Source: Utricularia gibba (Eukaryota > Plantae > Magnoliophyta). From it: 64,000 bases of DNA. Below, piece after piece: positions 26,158-38,313 of the stretch; the first letter of the stretch is position 1; each line of letters opens with the position of its first letter. The translations under genes and the position numbers were made by a program. The DNA lies in contig NEEC01000015.1 in assembly GCA_002189035.1 (NCBI GenBank), positions 2,356,001 to 2,420,000 of the forward strand, read 5' to 3'. The notes beneath the pieces are model-generated. The model ran no database searches. It was not told the origin of the DNA and saw only the letters and a program-made list of their open reading frames with translations.

Positions 26158-27910
26158 TTCATGCAGTTCAATGCCATCTCAGGGTTGTCACTACGAAACC
26201 TCCATTCTGTTTCATCTTATTGTTGGCAATTCTTCATTCACTGTAACCTGAACATTCATTTCTCGGCGTCTTATCCCAATTTTCAATGTTTTTCGTACCA
26301 TCAAACTTCGAGCCCCTAACGTACAATTCCAAGTAGTTAGGATAGAAATGAGAAATATAATCAATTTATAAAGCCATGCAATCCCCTGATTGAAATATGA
26401 ACAATGAGAGGAATGAGCCAAAATAGTGACATGAAAACATGCAAAACATAGGTGTGGGCACCCTATGAGGTCGATGTTCCCATTCACGTGCACCTGTTCT
26501 GTCTCTCGGCTATCCCACTTGTATGATGTCTATAGATTAGGGATCCATCTACTTGTAGCCAGTGCTAGGGAAGGACAGACATGAGTTCCTAGGGCTCATT
26601 TACTCTGCGAGGCAGTGGAAACCATGGGTGTCGCATATCTGCTATTGCAACTAATCCTAGCATTGTATGAATGGAATCAAGTAGGAGGCAATTGGTATAT
26701 CAAAGGGATGATATGTTGATATTAGCAATATAAATGATGGGAAAATTTTGGGGAAAGAATAGAGGTGGACAACTGTCAAAGTGCAAAGTTTCTTCCCAGC
26801 TATTCTACAGCAAGAAAAGGCTCCATAAAGTTCAATAATTGTAGACAGATAGGCTCATAGGGATACTCAACATTGTTTCCCTGTCCCCATAACTTGACAA
26901 TCAACCAGGTCAGGATCATATTTGTGAAAGTTTGTCAAGAGATGCCAAAACAATGATAGATCTCAAAAACTATCATTAGAAAAGAAAACCTTCAAAAGAG
27001 AAGGAAAGGCCAGGAGATGAGAAAAGAACCTGGTTATTTTTGGAGACAAGCATCTTTATCTCTCGAAGAGGTTTTCGACAGCTACGAGTTCTGTCAAGTC
27101 ATTGCAGATGCAGATAGAGAAACGATGTTTCTTGGGTGAGAGTGAAATTAAACAAAATTCTGCAAGAATGTACAGCCTTTGTAAAGTTCAGGAAAGGTGA
27201 AGTGTGCATGCAAGAATAACGCTAAGCCACACTATCGTAAGTAGCTGTTATAAACAGATGACCACCTGTAAAGACATGTATGTAACAGAAAGTTGCAAGT
27301 GGACAGAAGATGATACGCAGGGGATGGGCATGTGGGCGCTGTACCGAGATAACATAATCTGTTAAATTTATTATTCAGCGTAGTCATTCATATTACATAA
27401 GATCCACAATACATTAGTACTTGAAAACATTTGGAACAATGTCCTTAGTATTCGACATAACGCTACCCTGGGCACACAGAGGTGGTTTGGAAGCCCCTAG
27501 TTGCTTTCCATTGCAGGAACAGTTCTGCATAATACAAGAGACCCAATGTAAGTAAGATGTTAAGAGTTATATAGGAATCCAGCGTTGGAATGCAACAAGA
27601 CGATATCCATCGTCATGACTAAAGATTCATCTTGAGCTACAACCTTAGCTAACGTTCTTGGCAAAAAGGGAGAACATATTTGCGCCAGGCTTTTTAAAAA
27701 CTAGCGGCGGACGGTTGATCCACAACCATAAATATGAACTATACGTAGCTTTCCAGTGGCAGTTAAACCCAACTACACAGGATCGCAACTTGATCATAGC
27801 TTACTGAGTTTAAAACCATTTGTTCGCATCAAAGTTAAATCAAAGGGCCTCCATCACGACAACGCAAAGACGCAATTTTTTTTTTCCACGGAGAAAAAAA
27901 TAGCAATAAG

Positions 27911-28144
27911 TTAAGGAACTAACCAATTGTAGTAGAGTTCGAGGCCCATGCCATCATGGACCTCGTAGTCCTTGAGGGTAATATGATCCTTGTAGATGGT
28001 GTACCACTTCTGGATCCTGATCTTGTCGGGGCGAGTTCCCGTTTGCGCCGCCACAAGCTTCTTCAGATCCCCGATGGTGTCATCTTCGTTGCACTTCACG
28101 CGCACCTTCTTCCCCAGCCGATCGTTCAGCACCACCTCAATCAT
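27911..28144 (-). CDS. UBL5: Ubiquitin-like protein 5 / HUB1
   Basis: ATG at 28144: [73 protein letters not shown]. The unspliced read continues WLVP*; see the finding on the split stop codon. Confidence 0.95.
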   Translation of the reverse strand: MIEVVLNDRLGKKVRVKCNEDDTIGDLKKLVAAQTGTRPDKIRIQKWYTIYKDHITLKDYEVHDGMGLELYYNWLVP

Positions 28145-28386
28145 CTCCACTTCTCGTCACTCGCACGCAGACCCCTAAACCCCTTGCGCGAATTTCCCCT
28201 TTATTCCTCAAACTATACGAATCAGCAACGGAATACCCGAACCGGGCCGATGCCCTCAACAGGCTGCGGCCCACTATTTGCGCGGGGGCAGTTAAGGAAT
28301 TACATATGCATATGTTTTGTTAAATTAAAAATTTGATGACAAGACGTTAGGACAAAGAAATTAATGACTATTCCATTCCAAGAGAA

Positions 28387-31300
28387 TCACACAAAGCACC
28401 AGTTCAGAAACGAGAAGGCGAGGCAGTGCACGTCGTTATCTTCCTCGGCGATGACTTTCCAGACCTCGGCGCGTTCGTATGACGCATTCCGGCCCATCGT
28501 CGAAGTGCAGATGCCGCCGGGCAAGTGCGCGAATCCCTGCAAAAAAAAAAAAAAAAGACGGTGAATCGACTCAGATGACATGCACCATCAACTCAGGGCA
28601 GGTGTGTCCATGTGTGACGTACGTGCTGCATGATCTTGGAGAACTCGGAGAACAAGGCCCGCCGCCCTGACTCATCAAATATCTTTCAATCATCACGTCC
28701 TGCAACGCGAGAAGCGTCGTCTCCAGCATGTCCAGCCCAGACTGGTTCGCAAATGTGAAAACAGGCACGGCCTGGACGAATGCAAGAGATGATGAAAACG
28801 GAGAATTTGGAGCAGGAAACGTGAATCACAGGCACCTTCATAGAGCAGCAAAGGATGGCATTTTTCTGTTGCCAGAGCGCCTTCAGAACTCCATCGTGGC
28901 CGCTACTTGCTGGCGCGCTTCTCAGAAGCTCTACTCCGGTGTGGTAGCTGAGAAAAACATGAAATCAGAATCATAGGAACGAATATACATTCACTCGTTT
29001 ATAAGCATGCTACAAATTGAATGGAAATACCTGTAGCTTCGGCAGATCCAGTGAGCGAGTGTCAGGGCTTCAGGGGATGGTGAACTGAGCTTCGGTGCGA
29101 CCGCGGGGGATATCGCCATCGCCACTCTCTGCACGGACGACATCACATTCCGAACATATTGTCTGGCCATGGTGGCTACATTTTCCAGCAAGCTGCTCTC
29201 AAATGGGAACTGGAACGCGATTATCAGTATGAACCGCGAACAAGCCGGAGAAGATGAACTTTTGCAGCTGCTGCTCATCGCTGGACTTGAAGCCAAATCT
29301 AAAGTTCTGTGCAGAAGAGATGAATCCTGGAAACACTGAAAAAAGAGAGCATCAGTTGGAGCATCCCGTGTTTCTTTACCTGATCTAAAAATAACAAGAT
29401 CAGTTGCTGCAAATATGAACTTCACGAGTTAAACTAGATAGAATTCACGGCTGGGGACTCAACTGGTTTTGGATCAAGTGAGATCACACGAAAACCAGAC
29501 GGGAGCAGGACTGCATAGTCAGGAAACATTTCATCAATCGGCGCATAAACGAGCTCAGCACAAGCACCAACCGCATTATCATCAATTCCACTGCACATCT
29601 GAACATGCAGAAGAGTTCACTACAGCAGACAACCTGAACGAGTTTCATGGCATAAACTAGCAAACTACACACCTGTAGCAGATGAATGTCTTTTGATACA
29701 CATGTATCACCATGATCGAGAAAACTCCCTTCCAATCTAACAATTTCAAGCATCTAAAACGCAAAGAGCTTCAGTGAAGAGCCAAGACAAGGCACGAAAT
29801 TCAGGTATATTTAGGGAGTGGAACACCAATAACAGACAGGCATGCAAATCTACCTCTTCACGCTCAATTGTATGACCAAGCTGCATAGTAGTGTGGCTTC
29901 CAGTAAACCGACTAGACCGCATTCCGGGATACACATGCATATTTTTCAAGGCAGATGCAACATACGCATCAACACTGAAGTCAGCCCACTCAGACCGGTG
30001 CTCCCTTAGGAACTGAACCAGCATCGCTGGATGGACATTCTGAGAAGACACAAGTCAGTGATAAAATGCAAATTACACAAAACATAGTAGAACCTATGAT
30101 GGTACCTGCAGCAACATAGAGGCTTTGGCACAGAGGACGCGACTGCCAGCCACACCATTGCTTGATCCAGCTGATGGACTCCTGAAGGTGCCAATGGCAA
30201 CTACAACATCTTCATTGCCATCACATTTCAGTACAGACCAGCCATCATCATTAAATCCACTTACGGCCTCATTAAAGCCTCTACAAAATACTGAACCCGT
30301 TACAAACAATGATCAATTAAGTAGGAGAAGAAGTTGAAAAACTAAGGGCACCTGCACAACCGCTGGCTGAATGTCCTAAGGACACTAGGCTGCCTACCAA
30401 GGCCATATACCACCTCACCACTTGTTTCTTGTGCGAGTTGCCGAATGTATTGCAGAGCCTAATGAATCCACAGCTCGGGTCACATTTTCATTTTCCACAT
30501 TATGGTTCAACAAGACGTTCTACTGACCGCAAGTGTCGTTTTCTGAGCCAAGAAAGTTGAAGATTCATATAGCGGACGAACCACCTCTGGAACACTCCAT
30601 GGCTTGAAAACAAGGATTCAATGGAATCTCAGTAATGTTATTTCACAAAACATTTAAAGGAAGTTAGTTAGAAAAACACCTCAAGGTTAAAGTGATCAAC
30701 AATGTGAATGATGGACCCGCCACCATCGCATGGCCGGACCAGAAACCCAGAGGGGAACATTTCACCTCTCACAAACTGCAGAGCTGAGGCTCCATTCGGT
30801 CCAGCCCCAGTACCCGAGAGAGATCGTTCACATACCACAAGACTTCCATTCTCGAGGGTGGTGGTGTATCTCAAGGTCCAGAAATCACGAGCAGGAACCA
30901 ATGTTGTAGGAGCATACGTCTAAAAGAACAAACAGGGTCTCTGAATAACACGAGAGGGCTCGAGTTCAGCAAAAAATAAAGAAAGCATCCCAAACCTGTA
31001 TGTACAACAGTTCTATTATTCCACCGTTTCCAGAAGGAAACATAGTGAAGATCTCAATGCTCCGACAATCACGATGCCAAGACATACGATCCTTTAGAAT
31101 CTCCACAATCTGTTCAAGAAATTTCCCCACGGTAAAAATACTCCGGAAGACAGTATTAATGCTAAAAAATAAAGAGCCAAAAATCAATCTTTAGCTGAAC
31201 CTTGGTAGGCTCTAAGCTAATAAGACTGCAGACTCGAGCTGCCACTCCATTACATGATTGTGAAATGGCAAAAATCCCATCTGAACCCGGACCAGGCTGT

Positions 31301-32424
31301 GAAGAATTAAGAAACTATCCCTTTCAATTAAAAAATAATATTGAGATCAAATATCTTAATAGAAGCAAACCTTCATCCCAGGCATCTGCACCCAATCAAC
31401 AGATGTTCCTGTAGCCTTTGCAAGGAAATCTGCCAGGGTCCCTTCTGCAATAGAAAGAAGTCTGCAACAAAAAAGCATGGCAAACCAGCTAGCGTCATCA
31501 TGTCTACCAAATTTTAACAATCTTAAAATATTACCCAGCAGGGTTGCTCGTGTCTCGGAATGAATGCTGTTTAGTAGTGACTACCGACTCGGGGTGGCAT
31601 CTCCATTAGGTACAGCAGCCTGCCAAGAAGATGAACTATATTTTTAAAGCAAATCTTACGGGTTTGCAAGATGAGAAACAGCAATATAATTATGCTTGTA
31701 GTATGGGCGCGATCTCATCACTACAGTTAAAAAAGATTCTACTAAGAGCATAAGCAGATATCCCACCAAGATCATCAAAACTTGATGCAACAAACATTAA
31801 GATTTTTCATCACTAATCAGAAGACGCAACATTTGATACTGGAAGTGATCAAGGAAAATAATTGAAGTAGCAACATACGGTGTGCAGTTGTTGCCTCATA
31901 AATCCATTTTCACAAACGAGCTGTGAAACCTGCTTCTGTAGGCGGTCATTTTCCTCCATCAGCAGCTTGTTCATGGCAGTTAGTTTTCTATTCACACCCT
32001 GCAGTCTGATAGATTCTTTTCTCTGCTTCTCTCGACACCTACATTCGGAGAGAAACAGCCACCGCCACACTGTTCGATCAATGTATGTTCCAACCCAGGT
32101 GAAGATGAATAATTCAAACTTAAAAAATGTGGTTGCTCTAGCCAATATAGACAATAGACAAGGATAAACAATACAACTATCAAAACACCTTCGGTTTTGA
32201 AACCAGACTTTGATCTGCTTGGGTTCAATATTTGCAAGAATTGGACATTCACGAATAAGCTGCTGGCGGCGCTGAGAACTGGGCTTGGGGCACTCGGCAT
32301 AAACTCTTTCTAAAGCTTCCACCTGCTCTGGCGTGTACCTGACATACTTTCCAGCGTCAAGATGTTTATCAATGCTCCCATCACTTCCACTGCCCTCTAT
32401 ATGCTGCTGCGCCACCATTGCCAT
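28387..32424 (-). CDS. REV: Class III HD-ZIP REVOLUTA (HD, bZIP, START, MEKHLA); two apparent frameshifts
   Basis: MAMVAQQH...GKYVRYTPEQVEALERVY...KQIKVWFQNRRCREKQRKE, START WVQMPGMKPGP, and MEKHLA end LAFSFLNWCFV*. 17 exons traced. +1 nt needed at 31591-31594 and 28684-28686. Confidence 0.93.
31287..31381 (-). promoter_or_regulatory. miR165/166 target site split by intron 31297-31370
   Basis: Spliced sequence CUGGGAUGAAG|CCUGGUCCGG is complementary to miR166 UCGGACCAGGCUUCAUUCCCC. Confidence 0.93.
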
Positions 32425-34983
32425 TTTTCCGCAGTTTCAAGAAAAAATTTCTTTTTTTTAAATAGAACTAAAGAAACGCTGGCAGTGAAGCAGAATCTTC
32501 AATGGGTTTGCTCTCAACTGGCAAGTGGCAAGGATTACCCGAAGCAGGAGATGATTCTTGCTCGTTGGCAAAAAGTTCAGGAAACCTGCCTCCCAAAAGG
32601 ATAAGATGAACGCTCTTGATTTGTAGGAGCAGATTAGATTCAGGGTTTTGAAGGCTGAATGGGTATTTCAAAAAAGGAAACAGCCAAAGTAGCTCAACGA
32701 AAGCTCAGAAGCTTTGCATGCAATCACCATATGCACAAAGACAAAATGACACTTGCTCCTTTTCTCCTTCCATTTTCCCTTTTCTTAGAAAATGGACCAC
32801 CATTGAGTATCCTTTAAGGGAAAACGGCAACACTTCTTTCGCTCATTACAGCTGTTCGCTCCAAAAGCTTCAAATGACAACCGAAGGAGAGGCAAAAAAA
32901 CAACCACTCTAAAGGCCCCCAATTCTCAAAATCTAACTATGTTCACTTCCTATCACACTAGAAACTAGTATCAGGTGTGGCCAACTGCATACTCTCTCTA
33001 TAACAGGTGCAAAAGAGTTCAAATCCCTGCTTCTCTCTCGGTGATACCTAGAAAACTTACGTTTGCAGAAAAACGAAATGCTGAAGTAAATGACCCAACG
33101 ATGAGAAATCAATGGGCTGGCGAGAGAAGAAGAGAAGCAAGACAAGACTTGGAAGATCTAGGCAAGAGGGGAGGAACCAATCCTTCAGCAGAAAACACTG
33201 GTTAGGAGATGCAAGAACTCTGGTTCTGAAACTAAAAAAATTCAAACTTTTGCAATCAATGTACACGTAGGAGCAGCTACGAAGCTAGAAAGAGAGAAGT
33301 TGACGACGAAGGTAGTAAAGCTCGCCAACCGAAAAAGGTAGAAGCGTTTTTATTTATTTGAACTTCTGGCCTTGCTGCTGCAGCAACTACTGCTGCATCT
33401 AATCACTGGGTAAACAGCCCCCAGCCTGCATCTCCCCCACTTTTCTTGCATCTATTCCTCCCTCATTCCAATACTCGCTCATCATAAATGATCACCGTCC
33501 CTGAGGTAAATTGAATTACATTCCACAGGTAAGACAGAAAATGGAATCGGGAAAAGCTTAAACTTTACAGATGGATGAAAATTTTAGACCCACCAAACAA
33601 GATTTCTCGTAGATTGTCCCCTTAAGCTCTGTCAAATCACACTGACGTCCCTTCCCACGCCACATGATCATCATTACAGGTTCCCCTTTTTTTATTAAAC
33701 AAGTTTTGTTTGTGTTATCCTCTCTCCCTTGGCATATGCATTAAAATAACTATTTTTATACTTCATTATCGCAAGGTGCCATTGATGATCCATACCCCAT
33801 GCACAGAAAGGAGTAAGGGCAAACAAACAAACAAGTGCTTCACACTGACTTGCTAGGTGATCACAACGCATACCTGACAAGACAGAGCAACGAAAGAGAT
33901 TAAATTATTCCTTTTGTATCCACCATTATCTTCCATGCCCAAACATGCTTGCAATGATGATGTCTTTTCCACCATTCTCAATTTAAATTTTAAAGTAAAT
34001 ACATAGCAACCAAAATCTTACAGGAAACAACATCTCCGATTCGCCCTCGCCACCAAGAACCTTTCATTTGCAGATATTGGCTCTCCAACACCCATCCCCT
34101 CCTTTTTTTTTTTTCTGCTGGTTTCACAGTCACTGACTGCACTCTGGCAATAGAATACAAACGGCAACAGTTCGATTGTGCTTTGGGTGCTTGTACCTTT
34201 CACCCAACAACTTGCCCCCTTCATTGAAGAGTCTCCATCACATTAAAGATCCCTTACTGATCAGTCAGTCCACTTCCCCTCCAAATTTCATGGGAAATGA
34301 GCCCTTTGAATAATCTCATGCTTCACTGAGTTGTACCTTGAGAAAATTCTTCACCATTTCTACGTCTCTTCACCTTCACATCCATTTGGTGTCACAGATT
34401 CATTAATTTTGTTCCCTTTCCATGGAGCTTTAATGGTAAGGGGCATAATTGTCTTGCCCCCCAACATTAACTACATCTCTGTATGCTAAACCCTAAAACG
34501 AACTTGTGTTCCCCACTGTACACTGTCAAGGACAGAATGGTAAATACAACCCAACATCGAAGGCGCGTGATATGATGAACCAGGCCTGGTTTTAAATGCA
34601 ATTGCATTCTATTCCACTTTGTTCCGACAAAGCCATATTTTTCCTACAAAAAAAACAAATTGAAACCAAAGGAACCGACAAAGGCCACTGAGCATCCAAA
34701 GCATACAGACCAATGCCATACGATAAGGACAGTCAGAGAAGCAACCCGCAATCCAAAGCGTGGAGTTGGTATTGACCAAACCGAGTCCACTCTCCATGTA
34801 ACATTAAAAGCTAAAGTACAATGAATGATGATAACCTGGAAAACCCATAAGGCCACGACTGACTGAACCGCCATTCACATTTTTGTATCAATTCCTGTAT
34901 TGAATCACTGTGTGTGTAATGTAGGCCAGAAGTTTGATCTGATCGTACCCATCACCAACCATTGATTTCCTACTTCACTCTCT

Positions 34984-35018
34984 GATGGGATGGGATGGGA
35001 TGGGATGGGATAGGATGG
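34984..35018. repeat. (GATGG)n pentanucleotide microsatellite
   Basis: GATGG x5, then GATAG GATGG. Confidence 0.85.
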
Positions 35019-37839
35019 CCCAACAGGACACCTAAAATCCAAATTCTTCATTTTAGTGTAGCCATAATTGCATGGATTCATCACCCATGTACCCAGAGTA
35101 CAGGCACCGAAACAAGAATTGGCAATGCTGCAAAGAAAAAAGTACGACACTAGTTGAGGTGAGAGCCTAGGGAAAGGCAGGGACAAAGATATGGATGCTC
35201 GAGTATGACAGAGAAAAGAATAAGGGGGGACTTTTTTTTACCTTTTCAAGGGAAAGCAAAACGAAAAAGGCAGAGAAACTTTGGCAGCATGGTGGTTATC
35301 TTCCTTTACTTGATGCTCACACTTGTAGACAGGAGTTCAACACGGACCACTTTCGATTGCATTTGTGTGGGTGCTCTTGCCTTTTCAGTGTACGGGGAGA
35401 AGATGAGGTTCCAGCGTGCTGTGTGGATGCGGCTGCACGTTGTCAGACCTGTACCCTTCAAACAAATCAACCAACATCACTCTCGCATCTTGTCATAACG
35501 CATTCCTTTGGCTCTCAAAATAAAAAGAGCTGGATGGGTGAGTCTTACCTGTTTGTTTGAGTTCGTGGCCACGCTTGGGTAAAACATGTAGAAAATGCAG
35601 AATGCCCTGGACGAGATATATGAAAAAGGGGGCCTTCTGTGGCATTGAGGAAATTTCATCTTGTCTAAAAGGAGATGAAAGTTGGACAACTTATCATAAC
35701 CCCTGATTTGCCATGTTACTCAAGTTTTGGCTGACTCAGAGAGTTGTTGGTCCAAATTCTCAAGACGAACGTAGCTCTGATATATGAAGTGGCAGTGTAA
35801 TGCAAGTCCACCTATTCCGAAGCAAAATCCATCTCACCATAAAATGAAGATCATAATGACTGAGAACCTCTTCATTCACAACATTTGAAAAAAAAAGCAA
35901 GAAAATCGATGTTGATGAAACAGTGCCTCATTGAAAAAGCTACGTGGAAGGAAGACCCACGCGTTCTAAATTAACATAAACCGGAGGCGTTTCCACTTAC
36001 ACGCCAATAGAATCAGGACGCCCATTCCGACACTCCTGCGCTGAACATTGCTGGTCGACGATAAAAGATTGAGCGGTTGCGCATTGCAAAGCAAAAAACA
36101 CGAAACCAAGTTCCCTCCCTCCCTGCTCAGTGATTTCATGAAATCGGGGCTCCGCCCAGACGACGGTGGATCAATCAGCAACGCGGACGATGCCAGAGAA
36201 ACCCAAGCAAAGTCCTGGCCCTATTGGGCTTCCAGTATTGGGCCGATACTGGACATTTTGCTTGTTTTTTCATTTTAAGCAAATAAAAAAATCTTACGTT
36301 CAAAAACTGAACCCACACGAAGAAAAAGAATTTCGCCTTTTTTTTTTGGCCCTCTCGCTGGCTAAAAAAAAGGCACGGAAGGTGCACCCGGGCCCACCGC
36401 AATGATATCCGACGGTCCAAAGCATCTGATTCGCTGAAAGGACATATTTACCCTCCATTCAAGAAGTGCCACGTAAATCGGGAATTATTGACTCTATCCC
36501 ACCGAACGGTGATCTTGGTGCTCCCGTTCCTGATTTTGTTTTATTCGAAATTATTGATGGTCCCCACCCCACAAAAAATCCCATACACGTGGCGTCCAAC
36601 TCTCCACACAACTCCAACCTGGAAAAAAAAAGCCGTTATTAAAAAAAATCATAAAAACATCACTAACTCAGAATCAACCTTGGTTATGCGTGTATAGGAA
36701 AATGAGATGACGTGGATGATTCCCAAAAAAATGCAGCGGAGACATTTGAAAAGAAGCAGGATATTTATTTGTGTGGCAATTGGTGGTGCTAAGGGCATGG
36801 TCTGATACTACTACCACTACGTTCATGATAGTGACATTACAAGAAGCCTTCACGTGAGGCAGCGTAGCGGTCCAAGAATGGGAGCCAGCCACCCCCCGCG
36901 CATGAATGAAATGAATCTGCCCAGGCCACCGGTGCCATTCCCGGCCTCTTTTTTCCAACACAAATCCTTGTCTATGTCTTATCCAAATTCACATTTGTCC
37001 GAATTCCCAAAACTTAAAACCGACATCGGGCAATGATCTTATGAAATTATTTGTAATTACATAAGCACACGTTATTGATTATAATTGAAATTATTTTGAA
37101 TAAATTTTATGTTAAATTGTTAGATGTATTAAAAACATATGAAAAAAAACTAAAGAACTTTTTATATACAACAAATTAGAAATGTGATACTGTATCAAAT
37201 TTTAGGGTACAGGTCACCTTTTTTTATAAATGACCCAGTTAATATAAGACTTTTTTATAATAAATACATTAACTGGATAATTTGAATTGGGCGGGTGATG
37301 TCGACACTATTTCCTCATGGCCAGCAGTTTCGAAAGACTTATCCGCGCGTATTTTTTTTATTTTTTATTTAACTGTGGAAAGGAGGTGGTCCCCACGGGC
37401 GTCACCTTTAAATAAGGTTAATTAATAATAATGGAGTTAACATTATTATTGATTTATGGGGAGGTTTATTATTTATTATTGGCAGGCCATTGCCACAGTG
37501 GCACTAACACGGAGTTAATGACCTTAATGCCGATGTCTACAGTTTCTTGATTCTCCACTTGCTACTTTTCGCAGAGATGAATTCAAGTCTCGGTTGTTCT
37601 GTTGCCAAGGTGAGATTTCATCCTGGCCGCTCGCTCACTTGATTGAAATGCCCGAATCATGTAATCCAACAACACCAATAGAAAATCAATTTTGGGGGGG
37701 ATTTCATCTCTTCGTTTGTTTCCCAGTTTAAAACGGTGGACTTAGGGAGATGGTCTCCAGATTGGAGAAAAAAGAAGAAAAAAACCGGCTTGTGCGAACA
37801 GGAGGAGGTGTGTAAAGAGAAAAACCGAATCGAACCGGA

Positions 37840-38313
37840 TCAGTCCTCGAACCCGATTTGCTGCCAAACTGCATTTCGGACGCGGCTCAGATCCCGGCCC
37901 TTGAGCGTCCTACCGGCCCCTTCGTGCACCGAGAAGGAGGCGATCCTGGCCCTAGCCATCTGCCGGGCCAGAAACTCATGCGGCGGGATCCGAACGGCGT
38001 CGTCATCATCCGCGTAGTCATCGTCGTCGCTCTCGCGGCGGCGGTTCTCCAGATACTCCTCCTTCAGTATCTTCGACCAATCCGGTACGTTCATCGGAAG
38101 GGACGCCGGCCGCCCGATCGATACGGACCCCGTCGCCGTCGCCTTCCTGTGCGCCCTCGCCACGGTTCTACGCTTCTCCGGAGATTGCGACACCGAAGCC
38201 GCACCGTTCCAGACATCCGACTCATCCAGATCGAAGATCAGCGTCTCGCCTTGATCGATCTGGTGGAGGAAACGGTTTCCTGGTGCGGGGAAGTAGCTCC
38301 TCGGCGCCGCCAT
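37840..38313 (-). CDS. Senescence regulator S40 / DUF584 family protein, intronless
   Basis: FDLDESDVW, SLPMNVPDWSKILKEEY, IPPHEFLARQ, SFSVHEGAGRTLKGRDLSRVRNAVW..IGFED*. Confidence 0.92.
   Translation of the reverse strand: MAAPRSYFPAPGNRFLHQIDQGETLIFDLDESDVWNGAASVSQSPEKRRTVARAHRKATATGSVSIGRPASLPMNVPDWSKILKEEYLENRRRESDDDDYADDDDAVRIPPHEFLARQMARARIASFSVHEGAGRTLKGRDLSRVRNAVWQQIGFED

Noticed and set aside
34373-34500. Telomerase-RNA-like layout: AAGGGG at 34438, CTAAACCCTAAA at about 34486, and a weak USE-like CTTCACATCC upstream
   Set aside because: No proper USE/TATA pair and none of the downstream pseudoknot or 3' CCCACCCC-type elements I associate with plant TR. AAACCCTA telo-boxes are common in this window.
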